Positions 47,354-59,851 of a DNA stretch of 64,000 nucleotides are shown here, piece after piece (position 1 is the stretch's first letter; each line of letters begins with the position of its first letter). Both the position numbers and the translations under genes were made by a program. Below the pieces are notes generated by a model that did not search any database, had not been told where the DNA came from, and saw only the letters and a program-made list of their open reading frames with translations. The DNA is from Alloascoidea hylecoeti (taxonomy: Eukaryota): contig BCKZ01000016.1 in assembly GCA_001600815.1 (NCBI GenBank), positions 423,077 to 487,076 of the forward strand, given 5' to 3'.

Positions 47354-48688
47354 ATGGGAAACTGTTTTTCCTCTCAGAAGGGCCTTAATAATGAGACACC
47401 GAGGGTGGTTTCATCCTCTACCCGAATTTCCCAGCAGCAGCAATCTCAGCGAAAGCCTATACCTGTTTCGAGGCCTCATTCTCCGACATCTAATGCAAGT
47501 CCTAACATTGCTGCTTTATCAGAAACTCGAAAAAGCAGTGCAATTTCTGGAACTGAAACCGGTTCTGATAATGCTATCAGTTACGGAAATAGAACTTTGA
47601 TAGGAACTTCAAATGGTAGTGTCGGGGGAAGTAATAGTTCCGTTGAACGTAATGGCATATCTACATTAGACCCCACCCTAACAGAAAAACCGAAACAAGA
47701 GGTCAAAATCCTTCTCCTTGGATCAGGTGAGAGCGGGAAATCCACAATAATCAAGCAAATGAAGATTATTCATCAAAACGGATTCTCTCCAAGTGAATTA
47801 ATTATGCACAAACCTATCATTTACAAAAACTTATTGCAGTGCGCAAAGTCTATTGCCAAGGCCCTCAAGCAATTTGGTTACATAACAGATACAGACTCTT
47901 CGGGTATCGACCCTAAAGACCTGGGTCAAATTTTGAATTATTCAATAATTGAAAATAAAGAGGAGCCTGCAAACATCGCATTTGACTTTGACATTATAGG
48001 GAAAATTATTTCTCTTTGGTCAAATCCAATGGTTCATAAATTGTTAGATAAACACCGTTCTGATTTTTATCTTATGGACTCTGCTAAATATTTTTTCTCA
48101 AATATCGAACGGATAACAAACGTGCATTACATACCCACTCCTGATGATATTTTACGAGCGAGAAATACAACAACTGGTATTGTTGAAACTTCTTTTCAAA
48201 TGGGTGGATTAAATATTCATATGTTCGATGTTGGAGGCCAAAGAAGTGAACGACGAAAGTGGATTCATTGCTTTGATAATGTCACTTTGATTATTTTTTG
48301 TGTTGCTTTGAGTGAATACGATCAAGTACTACTGGAAGAAAAAACACAAAATAGATTGCTGGAAAGTTTAGTATTATTTGAATCTATTATCAATAGTAGA
48401 TGGTTTATGCGAACGGCGATTGTTTTATTTTTGAATAAAATTGATGTATTTGCAGAAAAGTTGCCAACATGCCCGTTAGAGAAATATTTTCAGGATTATA
48501 ATGGTGGTTCAGATATTAATAAAGCAGTAAAGTATATCCTATGGCGGTTCACTCAGCTTAACAGGTCAAATTTGGCGATTTACCCTCATATTACACAAGC
48601 TACAGATACCTCAAATATTAAAATTGTCTTTACGGCAGTTCAAGAAACAATTTTACACAATTCTTTGAAAGAATCAGGAATTCTTTAA
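47354..48688 (+). CDS. GPA2: Heterotrimeric G-protein alpha subunit (Gpa2 type)
   Basis: MGNCFS acylation start, LLLGSGESGKST, DVGGQRSERRKW, NKID, TQATDT, terminal LKESGIL. Confidence 0.92.
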   Translation: MGNCFSSQKGLNNETPRVVSSSTRISQQQQSQRKPIPVSRPHSPTSNASPNIAALSETRKSSAISGTETGSDNAISYGNRTLIGTSNGSVGGSNSSVERNGISTLDPTLTEKPKQEVKILLLGSGESGKSTIIKQMKIIHQNGFSPSELIMHKPIIYKNLLQCAKSIAKALKQFGYITDTDSSGIDPKDLGQILNYSIIENKEEPANIAFDFDIIGKIISLWSNPMVHKLLDKHRSDFYLMDSAKYFFSNIERITNVHYIPTPDDILRARNTTTGIVETSFQMGGLNIHMFDVGGQRSERRKWIHCFDNVTLIIFCVALSEYDQVLLEEKTQNRLLESLVLFESIINSRWFMRTAIVLFLNKIDVFAEKLPTCPLEKYFQDYNGGSDINKAVKYILWRFTQLNRSNLAIYPHITQATDTSNIKIVFTAVQETILHNSLKESGIL

Positions 48689-49859
48689 TGCTTTTAATAT
48701 CATATATTACTTTTTTTTTTATTTGTTGACCAATCAAATCTCTGCTCATTGCTAGTCTCTTGTTTTAACTGTATTAATTCACCTTGGTTAAGAGTCAATC
48801 GCACAAGGTTGCAATTGAATTCTTGTTCTTTTAGTTCTTTCCAAAATTATGATAATTATATCCTACCATTAGATCACTTACATATAGGAGACTCTTCCTA
48901 ATCTATTGGTATCATGAAATTTATGTTTCTGGCGATAATGACATATGATGCCTTTCAGATACACCAAAATTTCTCATTTATAAACACTTCTTATGCATTA
49001 ACAATAAAAATTAAACTCTGGTCTACATATACTAAAATGATTCAAAGAAACTGAATGCCTGATATTCTGGAAGAACAATGAAAATTGGACTATGAGACTT
49101 TAGTTTATAGTTTTAGAATATCTAGCTATAGAAGAATTTATATTTATCCATTCATTTAATTTATTATTTCAATCTGCTGTTTTTTTAATCATTCATAACT
49201 TTCTGAATAAAATTCTAACTATATCGAAACTACTTAGATGAATACATCTTCTATCTTATTCATTATATTCTTACACAAAAGTACTACAGTTGTTTTCTTT
49301 TATTCATCACAAAAATAATTCCTTATTATAACTTATATCTACATATTTATTAATTATCAATATCACTAAATCGTCTCTGTACTCGTATAAGATCTTATTC
49401 CGGATAAATTTTTTTTTTCAAGTGGCCATTAAGGCTCTATATTATACTTCTATATCTTTAAATACTATATTCATAACAACTAAAATATTGTGAAAATAAA
49501 ACCTAATACTAGGCAAAAATTCCTATCACTAATGTTATAGGTTCACTCTTTTTTGAGTAATATTGTTACGTATTATAGCATTATTTCATCCATTTTCAAC
49601 CCTTTTACTACTATTAATAGTTATCATGGTATTCTTTTTTTTTACTTATAATAATATTGTAATTGTATTCATCTATCTGTATCATATCTAATAACGAACA
49701 TTCGTATTTTTTTTAGAACTTGTATATTTTATTGGTATTTATGAAATATTTTATCTTTCTCGTTTAACCATTTTCATAATTATCTCATGGCTGTTCAAAC
49801 ACTCCATATCGGGAAAAAAGAAAAAAATAGAGCCCTTAAAACATTCTTTTAAAAAATAT

Positions 49860-49956
49860 CACCCACGGTGGGAGTCGAACCCACAATCTTCAGATTGCGA
49901 TCTAAAGAAACTCTTTTAGTAGAAGTCTGACGCCCTAACCATTAGGCTACGCGGGC
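49860..49956 (-). tRNA. tRNA-Arg(TCT) with 24-nt intron
   Basis: Minus strand GCCCGCG...TCAGA-CTTCTA[intron]A-TCTGA...GTGGG-TTCGACT-CCCAC-CGTGGGTG; T-run downstream. Confidence 0.93.
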
Positions 49957-50908
49957 TGCCATTTATTGCTGAGGAAACCATTCATCACCAGTATTGAATG
50001 ATATATTCTCGGTGAAAGGTTAAAAAAGTGGTAAGATATTAGATACAAGAAAACAAGAAGAGAAAATGAAAGAGAAGTAAAGAAGAAGAGGTTTTATACT
50101 TTTGGAGTGACTTCTTCAATTTAATAGTTTCAAGTTAGAAGATTTAAATTATTTAGATACTGTCTTTTAACGGGCTTTGGCAGAATAAAATAAACATTTG
50201 TCCGGTTAATGTTTAACTATATGCACGAATCCCAATTTATTCTTAAATAGGCCGTTAAATAAATCGGAAAAAACAGTATTATAATCGGATCCGGAAAATT
50301 ATACGTGAAGTTAAAAAAAAGAGAGCAAAGAAATTATTTAATATTTTTATCATTTACTTGAGGGAGAAGCAAATTAATAATGATTCTAGTAGCGATATAT
50401 CGGTCTTCCAGATGGCTAACCATTGAAAAGCAAAGCAACGAAACAATTGCTAGACGGAATAATCTGAAACAAATGCGCAGATTTATTGTCCATTTGATGA
50501 ACCTATGGTGTAGCAGAGTAGTGACGATGCATCATTCTTAAAACTAATCATATACTCCACAAGGTGCTAAAATATTGTGACACCAATGTCGAAACGTGTG
50601 ACGAATTAAAAAGAAACAAAATAACGCACATCTTCTCGTCCAAACAACTAACTTTGCGTTCACATAATGGTTTAAGAATATTCAAGCTTATAACGCAATA
50701 TATGTCAATTGAGAGACTAAATATGATAGCGCAAAACAACGAACTGGATGTCACCCAGAACACTAATTTTAATTTCCAATATGTTAAATATTTACATACT
50801 ACAATGGCGAAATTTTCCCTCCCATATAGTGATTTCAGAATGTGTGATATACCGTAGTACTTGGATGAGTTAACTACAGCGGTAAGTTATACCTAGTATA
50901 TTTAAATG

Positions 50909-51022
50909 CTACAACATTGTTCTATTGCAACCACAAATTAAAAGCAAGATATAAGACTTATATTGCCATGGTGTTATTATAAATACATGTGCTATCACTA
51001 AAATTTACTTACCTCATCTGAG
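50909..51022 (+). repeat. Solo TIR fragment of the pogo-like family
   Basis: CTACAACATTGTTCTATTGCAACCACAAA...ATATAAGACTTAT...AAAATTTACTTA matches the reverse complement of 43160-43253. Confidence 0.8.
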
Positions 51023-51543
51023 TTCTATACCGTTTACGGTATAGTTCATATTCCAATCAAATAAACTATACCGAAAACATGTATGGGTTTCAAAAGACTA
51101 TAAAAGAATCATATCATGCTGAATAAAACTATAATAATAATTCCGTGTTATAGTCAAAATTCTCCTCGGGAAATCTATATTAACTTTGGGATCCGTTCTA
51201 GATAGGTGGACCGACTGTTTGTTATAGTTTTATTTGGAAATTTATGAAGGATAGGAAAAAGTTATACCAATAAGAGGAGATATGGATCTAGATTCTAGAT
51301 TCTTTCGCAATTGACGTATAACTTTTTATAAACTTATTATAAGAGTTATTTTTCCCGTCTATTATTTTCTCGAGTGAGCGGGATGATTTAGTCTATACTT
51401 ATTACTTATAAATAATATATCACAGAAATATGAAAAGGAGTATGCTTTAGGAATTAAAAAAATGAATATCACGTGATGCACCAAACCCACCTTCGCATCT
51501 GACAAAATGTATAATCTATCGTAGCTATCACGTCTTCACAATC

Positions 51544-53484
51544 ATGCGGGCATCAGGTGAGGCATTGTTCAAGAAAAAGCCGGGTATGATTGCAATTATG
51601 GAGGAAAGAAAGCCACCTATTTTAGAATGGAGGGCTCAGGATGGTTCTGTCACAGTCCCATTGGTAAAAATTGTCTTATCACTTATAACTCGTATGTTAT
51701 TTATTGTATCTAAACGAATGATATAAATATATGAGCAGTTAACCATGATATTTTGATCGTTAGATTTAAAAGCAACACCTGCATCATCGGCCAAGATGAT
51801 GATAAAAGTGTTTTCAAAAGAATCTGAAAATAGCGAGAACATAACAGAACATGTATTTTCATTTAATGCAAGACACACAATGGATTCCATTAAAGACGAC
51901 CTACAACTAATAATAACTCGGTACCGTTCAGCACATTCGACTCCTACTCCACAAGTTCCCACTACAACAGCTCAAGAAAATTCAAATACACTGGCAAAAG
52001 AACTAAAAACTCTGCTTGACTCTAAAATGTTAATGGGAAACTACGAATTGCAACGTAATTTTTTACTTGCCAACAAGCCTTTGAAAAAGACATTTGAAGA
52101 AACTGTTATGAAAGGAGGACTAGCTTCTGAAGAGTTTTGGGGTACACGAATCCATTTGCTACGAACCTTTGCATTGGCTAATACTCAAAAACAAGGCCCT
52201 TACCATGTTCTTAGTACGATACGGCCTATAACTAGTAGCGATAATGAAACCAATGTGTCAGTTACTCTAGAAAAAATTCACGCTATATTCGAACAATACC
52301 CAGTTGTTCGAAAAGCTTATGATGAAAATGTCCCCAAGGTATGTTTTCTAGAAATTTTTTAGCGTTGATTTGCAATCATTAACAGAATTCTTTTTCTTCA
52401 CTAATATTAGATGAGTGAAAAACAATTTTGGACGAAATTCTTTGAATCTAGGCTATTTCGAAAATTAAGAGGAGATAAAGTGTCTTCTGTTCCAAGAGGT
52501 GAATTGATATTCGAAGAATATCTTGATTGCGATGAGAATGGAGTTAATATATCATCTTATGATAAACAAAAACAGAGCAGAGTGACATCAAAAGACCAAC
52601 CCGCTATTAAAATCCATCGATTCTTGGATTTAGGAGGAAATGAAGAGGATAATACGGAAACTCTTGGAAACAGGCCTGACATCACCATGCAAGAAGGCAA
52701 GAATAAGGAAATAGTAAATATTCTACAAAGTATGAATAGATTAAGCTCAAAAATGGTTTTCAATCAACAAGAAAATGAAACACAAAGAGATTCGGAAGAT
52801 AGTGAGGCAGAAGAAATAATATTATCTGATTTGGAAGAATCAGAAAAAACCGAATATGTTCAATTGCATGTAAAATCACGATTCGATGATGTCGCTTCAG
52901 ATAAAGATTCTACCAAGGAACCAGAAAGAAAGAAAAGAAAATTAGACGACACCGAAAATCATAATATTTTTTACCAAAAATTCACAGGCTCTTTCAATAA
53001 TGAAGTTGATTTACAGACCATATATGGTACTGAACTCAAACCATCAATACATGCAGCTTCAAAACAAGTCCATGGGTTACTACGAACCAATGCTAAACAA
53101 TCTTGCCAAGCATGGCAAACTTCGAAGACTTGGAACGAAGAGTCTAATGAACATTCCTTGAGGTCTGTTTTTGGATCTGACTCTACTTCACGAGAAAATG
53201 CTGGACTAACTGAAGCTCTTTTTGAGGAAATTCAGCTTGTTCATGGAACATCCATCGAATTTCTTCAACATTTTTGGCTTCACTTTACATCGGGTGATCC
53301 AACCCAAGCAATATCTACTAAACGTTTAGCTGAAAGTATTGGTAAATGTAAGATAAGAGTGGATGCAGTTTTGAATGGGATTACAGACTCTTCAGAAAAA
53401 GAAAGAGCAGTGTTGGTACTAAAATCTCTAGCTAACTCCATCGATACAGCTTTAATTCAATATGAGAATGCTATGAATGAATAA
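51544..53484 (+). CDS. TFB1: TFIIH p62 subunit (PH plus BSD domains), 3 exons
   Basis: Exons 51544-51691, 51764-52338, 52411-53484; LKATPASSAKMMIK, EEFWGTR, IFEQYPVVRKAYDENVPKMSEKQFWTKFFESRLF. Confidence 0.9.
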
Positions 53485-53631
53485 ATACTTATTTGGTATG
53501 ACCATGTATATACGTAATTTTATATATATAACTAGGCTCTTATAGTATAATAATATCCTTAAGGTTATATGGAAGCAAGTGACGCAATTCATTTAAATAA
53601 GTTGCTCTAGTAAAGGTTTGACAATTTTGTA

Positions 53632-55920
53632 TTATTTCATATTGTTTATTTCTTTGAATTTGTCCCAGGCGTGATTCAAAGAGACGAAAACAGCCTGTGC
53701 AATCATCTTTTGTTCAGTTGTAGCATTGCCCGGGGTTTTATCAGGATGCGTTTTAGCAACAGCTTTCATATAATTGATTTTAACTTTCTTCTCCAAAATT
53801 AAATCTGACATGCCGATTTTTTTCCAGTTGTAAGAAGGATCAAGTATGGTATCGAGGGAAGCAAGTAACGCTCTGAGATTATCTTCTTTTCCCTTCTTCC
53901 AATTAGTGATCTTAGATTCAACTTGATCTAATAAAGCAAATTTCTCATTTTCTTCGTTTTCCGTCTGTTGAACAGCTTTTCTAATTTTATTTACTGCCTC
54001 AGACCTTTCTGGATTTGCTAGTCTTGCTGGTTTTGTTGGTATTGTTGGTCTTGGACTTCGAAGTTGGGTGGTATTTTGAATCCCAATATTTGGCTTGGGG
54101 TTTGCAGCTGTTTGGCAACGTCTCTTGCCATCCAGTACAACCTTTGAGGCAACACCCTTCTCAATGAGTTCATTCCAAGTTGCAGCTGCTTCGGAATATT
54201 TTTCTAGATTTTCTAAAGCTTCTGCTTTGCGTTGAATTAATTTAAGATAAAAATCTTTAACTGTTTTACCCGATTCTATTTCATAATCATCAACAAGTCC
54301 AATGATTGTAAGAGCCTCAGAAACATCCGTCAAGACAGCCTTTGGATTGCCTAGCTTAAGATTACAAGAGGCACGATTGGAAAGAGCGATTATTCGATAT
54401 AAATGTGGCGAAGGAACATATCTCAGAGCAAGATCATAATATTCCTTAGCCTGTGGAAAGTTACCAAGCTTAAATGCATTTCCCCCTGAAGTTCTATTAG
54501 AATTAAATGCTTGAAGAGCTTCATTTGATATATCAATAGTAGGTCGAATAAACTTTGCTGGGACTGATTTAAGAGGCGGCTTCGGTCTAACGGTCTGAGT
54601 TTTAGTTGGATTCGATCGCTCAGACGGTACTTTTACTAGTGGTTTTCTATTTCTTCTTGCAGGGGAGATATAAACTTCATCTTCGTTCATTAATGAATCT
54701 TTGAAAGCCTGTGATCGAGAGACAGGTTTGATCGAGTTACTTGAAGGTGTGGAAGATGTACTCGGTCGCTTATAACTATCTCGATTATTCGACCTTACTT
54801 CATTATCTAATCTTTGAGATGATTTCCTTCGTGGCGGGACAGGGGGACCATCAGACTCAAGTAGCATAGCTTCAGTAGTTAAGTTTTCTTCATAATTTTT
54901 CTTGGAAGTATTTCGAGGAGGTTTACTGGACTCACTAAATTCTTGCGCATCATCATCAAAGCGATTTGTTAGAGCACTCTTTCTTTGTTCTTTATATATC
55001 TCCTGATTTCTCATCCAAGCAGGCGTGTCATCATCCCAACCAGGATTGTTTAATTCTTCGAGTTTCTTTTGAATGTTTTTACGGCCTTGTGACCACAACA
55101 TCGAAGCCTTTGAAATGAATTGCCCAGAAATGTTATTTACGAGTTTGCCAAGATCATCAACTGTCATATCATTCATGTCATGATCCTCGGATTCGAAGGG
55201 CTTATTGGGGTTGTTTCTGTAGTTTTTTCCAACTTTAGATGCCTTTGTCTTTTCATGTGCCTTATTCATTAAGTAGTCAATAGCTTGATTGACATCATAG
55301 CCTGAGTCTGTATGTATCAATGCCTCCGTGGATTGTTCTACTGTAAATCCCATATCAAGTAACGCTGCGATTGCATCGTCTTTGCGATCATCATTTGGTG
55401 AGATGTTAACATATTGAGAGTCTGTAGAGGAAGATTCCGAGATTTGAGGTCTAGACTCTGATTTTGAGACTGCTGCATGGTCGCCAGTGTTAGGAGATAC
55501 CATGGGTGTGTGTCTATTTGGATTGGGAGTTTCTGAAGGTTTAGGCGCTTCCTTAAAAATATCGAGGAGGTCTATAGAGCTATCATTAAGAGAGATTGAA
55601 CTCTTTGTGGGTGGAACATTCGTACCACCACCACCGATTAATGGGGTCAAGGCCGGCGTTGAAACGACAGGTGTACTATTATGACTTGACCCAGACATCT
55701 CACCGAAGTCCAGCATATCTAGTCTCGACCAATTTGTTGCTGGAATAGAGCCAGACCCCGACTGTCCATTTGACTCACTTGTTATCCCCAACTTCTGTCT
55801 TTCTGACAACGGCAGATTTTTAGCTTTTGCATCCAAGCTTCTATTAGACTGAGAAGAAGAGGGTCTGTAAGAAGACATCAAGTCTGCAAACATGTCTTCC
55901 TTTTTCTTTTGGGAAGACAT
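53632..55920 (-). CDS. SWA2: Auxilin-like clathrin uncoating factor (UBA, TPR, C-terminal J domain)
   Basis: LLDMGF UBA motif, TPR repeats (ALSNRASCNLKLG), WKKGKEDNLRALLASL...THPDK. Confidence 0.92.
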   Translation of the reverse strand: MSSQKKKEDMFADLMSSYRPSSSQSNRSLDAKAKNLPLSERQKLGITSESNGQSGSGSIPATNWSRLDMLDFGEMSGSSHNSTPVVSTPALTPLIGGGGTNVPPTKSSISLNDSSIDLLDIFKEAPKPSETPNPNRHTPMVSPNTGDHAAVSKSESRPQISESSSTDSQYVNISPNDDRKDDAIAALLDMGFTVEQSTEALIHTDSGYDVNQAIDYLMNKAHEKTKASKVGKNYRNNPNKPFESEDHDMNDMTVDDLGKLVNNISGQFISKASMLWSQGRKNIQKKLEELNNPGWDDDTPAWMRNQEIYKEQRKSALTNRFDDDAQEFSESSKPPRNTSKKNYEENLTTEAMLLESDGPPVPPRRKSSQRLDNEVRSNNRDSYKRPSTSSTPSSNSIKPVSRSQAFKDSLMNEDEVYISPARRNRKPLVKVPSERSNPTKTQTVRPKPPLKSVPAKFIRPTIDISNEALQAFNSNRTSGGNAFKLGNFPQAKEYYDLALRYVPSPHLYRIIALSNRASCNLKLGNPKAVLTDVSEALTIIGLVDDYEIESGKTVKDFYLKLIQRKAEALENLEKYSEAAATWNELIEKGVASKVVLDGKRRCQTAANPKPNIGIQNTTQLRSPRPTIPTKPARLANPERSEAVNKIRKAVQQTENEENEKFALLDQVESKITNWKKGKEDNLRALLASLDTILDPSYNWKKIGMSDLILEKKVKINYMKAVAKTHPDKTPGNATTEQKMIAQAVFVSLNHAWDKFKEINNMK

Positions 55921-56058
55921 GACAAAATGTACAATCTTGAGTTATAATTACAAATTGAAAAGATGTTGGCTTTTCCTGCGGGTGTTCGGGTGTTGCATGT
56001 CAAGAAATTTTTGAGAAACTTTTTTCTTCTTTAGTCTCATCAGAAATATTTATTCAAA

Positions 56059-56316
56059 ATGCATTTAATGTATACATTAGACACGGATGGAAAGAGAATC
56101 TACACCTTAAAGAAAGTCACTGAGAAGGGTGAGGTCACAAAATCTGCACATCCTGCCAGATTTTCACCAGATGATAAATATTCCAGACAAAGAGTGACTC
56201 TTAAGAAGAGATATAACATGTTGTTAACTCAACAAGGTGAGTAATAAATATTTGATTCATCTATACATATATGAAGCAAAGATTCTAATCAAGTCATAGA
56301 ACCCGAAAAATACTAG
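56059..56316 (+). CDS. NOP10: H/ACA snoRNP subunit Nop10, probably 2 exons
   Basis: MHLMYTL...[25 protein letters not shown]; likely intron 56237-56299 (GTGAGT...TTCTAAT...TAG) giving the ending EPEKY. Confidence 0.93.
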
Positions 56317-57118
56317 ATGCTCCATCAAATGTTTTGTCTATGAATGTCACAAATGGCAGAATATCAACATTTCAGATCAATTTTCACAAATGTTACAGCA
56401 AAAAATATACAAAATACCACAATCCATAGCTACTATGACATTTTATATAATCAATTGTACTTTATATTATGACATTTTAATTATAATATGTATAATATAT
56501 TATTAATAAAAATTATCATATCTTTTCAGATTACATCTATCTCTAAGATGTTTACACAAACTAGGCTAAAACCCAAAAAAGATTTATAGAATTGGGTCTT
56601 TGATATTTCCTGTAGCTTCAAGATTGAACCGTGCATTTCTATGATAAGTCTCCCACATCTGGGCTAACGTTTCAATTTCCATTTCTTCCGTAGTTATTTC
56701 CTAAAAGTACAAAAGGAGCTTGTTTAATGATCTTGAAAATTAATTCTTACTATAGAAAGGAATAATACATACATCTAGTGCTTTATTCAAAACTTGAATG
56801 GATTCATTTAATCGATCCTGTTGATCCATTTATGTTAGTGATATTAATTAAGTAGTATCTGTATAGACTTCTAAAACCTACCACATTGTTTATTATCCGT
56901 GATAATAAAGCGCTTTGAACCTGCTCGTGTGGATTTTCCATTTGGTTAACGTTTAAATGATATCCTTTTGTGAAGGATGGAAATAAACAAATTATATGTG
57001 GATGTTTGGGTGTTTGTAATTACATAGATATATACCGATAGTCGATTATTATTAAATTAAATTTAACGCACTAAATTATCCATATACATAGCTATTGAAA
57101 TTTCTTATTATTATGTTA

Positions 57119-59695
57119 TCATTCTCTTATTGTTGGTAACCCATTTAAAACACCATTAGCTTTGGCTAAATTTGTTCGAGAAGTATCAATGGGCTTGCTA
57201 ACTGCATTGTCTGAATATGATGTTTCACTAAATTCTGGCCCTGAATCTGATCCACCATTTAGGTTCGATCCGAAAACTTGTGAATTATTAACGTCATTAG
57301 TAGTACCTGTACTAGCATAATAAACGGAGTTTTCAACAGGCTCCTCATCAGCGCCATTTTCTAAAAGTGGTTCTCGCTCACCATGTTTATCTTTTCTACC
57401 CAAAATTAAAACCAATAAGCAACAGAGACCTAAAGATAACGCGACGATTCCAACAATAACACCAATGCCTATAGCGATGGGGGTTCCTAGATGAGGATAT
57501 GGTGGAAGATAGTGATGAGGATTTTTATCAATCCATAACGGTGAAATAGGTTTATCAATTAATAGAATTTGATTACTATTGACGGTAGTGGCTTTACCCT
57601 TTGATAAGACCCTGACCTCTGCCTCACTATTTGAATCCTGAACCAACTTAATTAGATGTGATGCTTCTCCAGCATAGGTTGAGGTCAAGTTAATATTATC
57701 TAGTAACGTTGGAATTGATACGAAATCGTTTGGATCATTACTATCGTTACTTGAAACAAGGCCAAATGCTGTGTTATTTGGTAAAATATGTAATCTTAAA
57801 AATTCGTCGATAAATTGATCTCCCCAAAAGTTAATCGAGTCATTGGTACTCGATATATTAGCTAACTTCATTGAATGAGAGGTCGGAACTAAAATTGAAT
57901 AGTTTTCAGTTGGATCCAGCACATGTGAAATACTAGAACGTTGTAATAGTTTAAGAAATTCCTCACTGTTTGTTGAATCAATAAGCTGATAGGGTGAAAT
58001 TTGTACAGATTCGGTAATGGGCACTTTATTAACAACATGTGCCACCCCTTTGTCGAATAGAATGTCAGAATGCTTGATATCCAGTTCATGCGTTCTTCCG
58101 TTTTCAGTTGCTTGAGATAATACCAGCTTATTCTCAGCCATAGTTATGTTGATTTTGGTACCTTCCAATGTTTCCGTTTCAACAATTCCATCTGTTTCTG
58201 TGTATACAGGTTCTTTGATAATTAAAGAGGTTAAAACATTTTTTAGTAAATTCTTATTTTGCTTCAATTTTAAAAAACGTGTAACCAATCCAAGTTCATT
58301 CCATGCATTTTCATTTGGAACAATCACAGTCCAGCCAATACCAGATTCTAAGGAGAGCAAATTTGTTTTACCAAGAAAGGTCAGAGTTTTCGCGCAGTTA
58401 ACTAAAGGCCCCACAGCCGTCTGTAATGAATGTGGCGGCTCTAGAGATCCATTAATTAGATAAATCCAAGTTTGGCCGATCTTGTAAATCTCATCTGATA
58501 CGATCCGATTATCGCCATTGATTGATATGGTTCCATCCATGGTTTTATGAAACTTTAACATTTGAGGATGCATGCCAATCTTTTTTGTTATCATTTCCGA
58601 TTCAACTAATAAAGTGTTTGTATCATTCATTAATGATTCCAGATTTACCTGATAAGGAACAAAATGATATTGTAATGATGATTGACTTAAAGCCTTGAAA
58701 AGATCTGGATTATTCTGTGGCGCAAATATTGTTTGGTGAATCGTTTTATTCTTTATCAATTCGAACATAGAGCGGAATTTCACCTCTTGAACAAAATCAC
58801 TACAATCTAGTGCCAATAGATACTTTGAAGGATTGAAGTCAAATTTGGCTTCTATTTTATCTGGGGATAATAATATATCCTGGAAAATATGAGCTAGTCC
58901 ATCACTCGCTATAATATTTGTAGTTGTTGATGTATATGATTTGGGGTTATCCAATACAATAGCATTATCTCCGAGATCTGAACTTGTAAAAGAAATAGAA
59001 ACGCTTGATTCTAAAGTAGGAATAATTGAAACGGCTTCTTGGTAGCCTCCATGGATACCTTTCAAGATATGAGCTTTAAGTAGCCATCTTCGTTCTTCGC
59101 GCGCATAAGGACTTCTAAGATATAGCCGCTCTACACCGTTAAAAGCGGATTCGAATGCTGAGTTGGAGGGAATGAGTAGCGTCACATTTGTAACAGAAGG
59201 CCAAATATCAGGTTCTATCATGAGCAGCCGCGAAAACCGCGTTAATTCCAATTTAAGAACAGTTGGATGTAATAAAACGGTGGAAATATTTGAAAATGAG
59301 GGAAGTAAGGCACTTATGCCATGGACGACAGCGTTTTGATGTTTTGATATAATATCCGGTTCTATGATTAGGGTAGCATTATCAATCTCTACTTTAAGCT
59401 GTTTGTCCGCATTACCCTTTTTTGGAGAGACCAGGATAGGAGAGTTATCAAGAGCATTATATATATACGTTCTATCGATTTGATGAGACTTGAATTCTTC
59501 TGTGACGATGTAATTTTTGAAGCTTTTTAGAGAGTTATCATCAAAGTGCTCGGCAAATGCAGAGTTGATGGGGGCCAGTAGAGAGAAGTTTCCATTTTGG
59601 TTCAGCCAGGGGATCAGACCGTTTCTCTGTATGAGTCTGAGGAATTTGGAGAACTCGATGCGTTGTGATAACAGGTCCACAACGGAGTCGGACAT
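57119..59695 (-). CDS. Multi-fasciclin (FAS1) domain membrane protein (YLR001C-like)
   Basis: Repeated FAS1 H1/H2 motifs (SLLAPINSAF, TLLIPSNSAF, TIFAPQN, TVIVPNENAW; VVHGIS, GVAHVVNKV) and one C-terminal TM helix; first ATG at 59695. Confidence 0.85.
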   Translation of the reverse strand: MSDSVVDLLSQRIEFSKFLRLIQRNGLIPWLNQNGNFSLLAPINSAFAEHFDDNSLKSFKNYIVTEEFKSHQIDRTYIYNALDNSPILVSPKKGNADKQLKVEIDNATLIIEPDIISKHQNAVVHGISALLPSFSNISTVLLHPTVLKLELTRFSRLLMIEPDIWPSVTNVTLLIPSNSAFESAFNGVERLYLRSPYAREERRWLLKAHILKGIHGGYQEAVSIIPTLESSVSISFTSSDLGDNAIVLDNPKSYTSTTTNIIASDGLAHIFQDILLSPDKIEAKFDFNPSKYLLALDCSDFVQEVKFRSMFELIKNKTIHQTIFAPQNNPDLFKALSQSSLQYHFVPYQVNLESLMNDTNTLLVESEMITKKIGMHPQMLKFHKTMDGTISINGDNRIVSDEIYKIGQTWIYLINGSLEPPHSLQTAVGPLVNCAKTLTFLGKTNLLSLESGIGWTVIVPNENAWNELGLVTRFLKLKQNKNLLKNVLTSLIIKEPVYTETDGIVETETLEGTKINITMAENKLVLSQATENGRTHELDIKHSDILFDKGVAHVVNKVPITESVQISPYQLIDSTNSEEFLKLLQRSSISHVLDPTENYSILVPTSHSMKLANISSTNDSINFWGDQFIDEFLRLHILPNNTAFGLVSSNDSNDPNDFVSIPTLLDNINLTSTYAGEASHLIKLVQDSNSEAEVRVLSKGKATTVNSNQILLIDKPISPLWIDKNPHHYLPPYPHLGTPIAIGIGVIVGIVALSLGLCCLLVLILGRKDKHGEREPLLENGADEEPVENSVYYASTGTTNDVNNSQVFGSNLNGGSDSGPEFSETSYSDNAVSKPIDTSRTNLAKANGVLNGLPTIRE

Positions 59696-59851
59696 TAATG
59701 GTTTGTTCAACGTTGTTCAACTTTGTTGTTGATGGTTTGGTTGACACTTGCAGCCATGACCATAAATGTTTTAATGCGTACGTCTGAGAACGGCGTACAT
59801 CTCGACACACTTTTCTTGCAAAAACATAAATTTTTCATTATCCTCATCACA

